Shown one piece after another: positions 61,601-64,000 of a stretch of DNA of 64,000 nt (position 1 is its first letter; every line of letters starts with the position of its first letter). The translations under genes were made by a program, and so were the position numbers. The stretch comes from Octopus bimaculoides (lineage: Eukaryota), in assembly GCF_001194135.2 (NCBI RefSeq), contig NC_068989.1, forward strand, positions 70,337,769 through 70,401,768, read 5' to 3'. The notes under the pieces were generated by a model that was not told the origin of the DNA, ran no database searches, and saw nothing but the letters and a program-made list of their open reading frames with translations.

Positions 61601-63249
61601 GGACACAGTTGATTTCTTCCAGAGACTGAGAACTGATTCCAGTAAGATGAAAGACAAAGTTGACCCCAGGGGAATTTGAACTTGGTGAGCTGCGATGGAA
61701 TGAATGCAGCACATCATCCTGCACAACACTCTAATGACTGTCAATGCTGCCACACACGTATGTACAACTGTGCAATAATTGTATCAGTTGTAAAGAGAAA
61801 AAAATATTTGTGAATTCAACTTGTATGGTAGTATGATCCTTAGTTCATGTCTAAATAATCTTACACAGCTGTTTAAAACAGGGAAATATATTAACACAAA
61901 CATAAATTAATCATCATAACTTAATTTCAATGGCAAGAGGGGAGAGGAAAAGCTCTTACAATTATCTATATTTAACTCTTCTGATAACAACCCACTGAGA
62001 CCATTCCTAGATCCTGATACATTTGGCACCTTGGTTTTAGGATCACAGAAGTGTTAAATAGAATGTTCGTTTCTACCTAGATCTGAAGTGCTAAATTTTC
62101 TCAAGTCATTTAGAAGCATTTCTAATTTAAAGGTTGGAACAAAATGAGTGCAAGCTTCCTAGTTCATGAATTAAAACTTGGTTTGCCTGCTTAGCTGCAG
62201 CAAGGAACTAACCACCAGAATAATCAACAAGGGAGTTGAATTGTAGGACTCAAAACATGAGATGGAATAGGTACCGGTCCCCGAAAGACATATTTCACTC
62301 AATATTGGATTTTGTCATTATACATGACTAAAGCCTTTGAAGACACTGCTCCAGCATGGTTGCAATCCAATAATAGAAACCAGTAAAAGACAGGCTTCTT
62401 TCAGTTTCCGCCTACCAAATCCACTCACAAAGTTTTGGTTGGCCCAAGGCTATAGTAGAAGACACTTGTCCAAGGTGCCACACAGTGAGACTGAAACGGG
62501 AACCATGTGGTTGGGAAGCAAGCTTCTTACCACACAGTCACTCTTAGTGCAGGATTTTGATACCCGTGTTGAAAACAAAAGTGTCTTTACTAAATAAGCA
62601 CTGGAAGCCTCATGTGAAAGATTGATAGGGGATGAATAATACTCTGCACTCACTAAGCATAACAATGAAGCTATTAATGGCTTTGTGTGTAGTTCCAGGT
62701 TTGTGCTATGCAGATTGAAGATAGATCTTCCTTGAATAGAATGTCAGTTAATCTTGAGTGAAATTCATAGATGAACCAAAGTAATGCAGTTAGATTAAGC
62801 AGGAATCCAACAGAAGAGGTAGCTGAAATGCTACAGATGAAAGTAGACAATGATACTTAAATGGTGAAAATGTGCCGTGTGCTGACATTAGTGCTCATGG
62901 CAGAAATAGAATCATCATTGCAAGTAGCGAGGCTCACTTTCAGGATACATTTAAGCTTATACACAAGGTGACAGGACTGGGTCAACATATCGCATTGTAG
63001 ATCCACATTTCACAAACTCAAGTTATCTAGCAACAGTGGTTCATGGTCACTAAGTTTGGTTCTAATCTTCCAGAAAAACTGCATTTACACCATGTTTCTT
63101 GCTTTTGTTCCACCCTATAACTCGTGTTATAACTTTCGGTTTTATGGCGTAAAAAGAATGAAGCCTGTTCCTGATGGTTAGATTAACTAGAGCATGTAGA
63201 TTTCAAGTACACTGTTCATACAGAAAGCTCACAATGAAACTGAATTCAA

Positions 63250-63870
63250 AATCTGAAATGGTCTTTTATGGCTTCAGTCAGGATGAAGGAGCCAAGTCTA
63301 GGACATTTGTAGGTTGAGTCAGGACGGACTGATATGGTTTGATGGTCAATACAAACATCTATAAATCCATGACCACAAGAACTATGTGGTGAAGAGTTTC
63401 CAAAAGGGATGGAGGTCATTACTAGTGCACAAAGACAGAGAATGAATGACAAGGAGGCATGTACCAGCTTATTCTGAGGAGTAGATGCCAATGCGGCAAT
63501 ATGCTTGTTGGTCACAAATTGACAAACCCTAACCAGTCTAATGTATGCAAACAAGAATGTGTTTTGTGTGTAGCACCACATCATCCCAGATGTGGGAGTA
63601 GTATTCCATTGTGGATTTCACGAGTCAGCAGTTGTTGTGAGGCTGAAGAGGAAAGCAAGTTTTTAGGATGCAGTATTTACTGTTATGAATGTGAAGGCTT
63701 TGTGTAATGTCTGTGAAGTATAAGTTTCCCGAATGTGTGCATCTACTGGCTTTGTTATTGAAGCATAAATCCCAGCACGTCCCCACTGAAAATTAGTTCT
63801 GAGGTCCATGTTCATGGAGACCGCACCGTTTGCTGTTGAGGTGTCTTATGTTTATATGTGGATGATGGGC
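63250..63870 (-). mobile_element. Highly decayed non-RTE LINE (CR1/L2/Jockey-like) RT C-terminal remnant
   Basis: MEYYSHIWD (cf. LEYCSHIW) with remnants of the preceding DLxWxxH-type block. Confidence 0.45.
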
Positions 63871-64000
63871 AAGTGTGCAAGGTGAAAGAATGAGGAGTGA
63901 TATCACCTGCACTGCACAAAGTCATGTTAGCGGTTTATTCATATTCAGAAAGATAAGAGAGGATCAGAAAGAGAGAGAGAGAGAGCCACATTTACATATG

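Noticed and set aside
41560-64000. A copine host gene sharing exons with RBM12, as in human CPNE1/RBM12
   Set aside because: No C2 or vWA coding exons recognised on either strand; downstream space is occupied by DIS3.

Overview
AT-rich, microsatellite-rich, gapped eukaryotic genomic DNA. The SINE, RTE-LINE and MITE repertoire points to a cephalopod, most likely Octopus (inference). Two genes converge tail-to-tail. (1) DIS3/RRP44 (exosome catalytic subunit) lies on + as 21 hand-spliced GT-AG coding exons from 502 to 27247. They give 853 aa in frame and cover the PIN, CSD, RNB and S1 regions; the first exon(s) are upstream of the window. (2) An RBM12-like 5-RRM protein of 1464 aa lies on - in one uninterrupted coding exon (37161-41555), with a splice acceptor 3 nt before the ATG. 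I found no other host coding gene from 41.6 to 64 kb. The rest is transposon-derived: RTE LINEs, several tRNA-derived SINE families, a full-length decayed mariner, piggyBac-like and Tc1/mariner-like MITEs, and a Helitron helicase remnant with its 3' terminus. I did not find a complete new multi-gene system. The best leads are a ~260-aa Arg pentapeptide-periodic tract in the RBM12-like protein, three long near-perfect hairpins 180-265 nt upstream of DIS3 acceptors, a decayed duplicate of a DIS3 acceptor and exon start, and a 147-bp inverted-repeat pair ~880 bp apart. All coordinates and alignments were done by eye.
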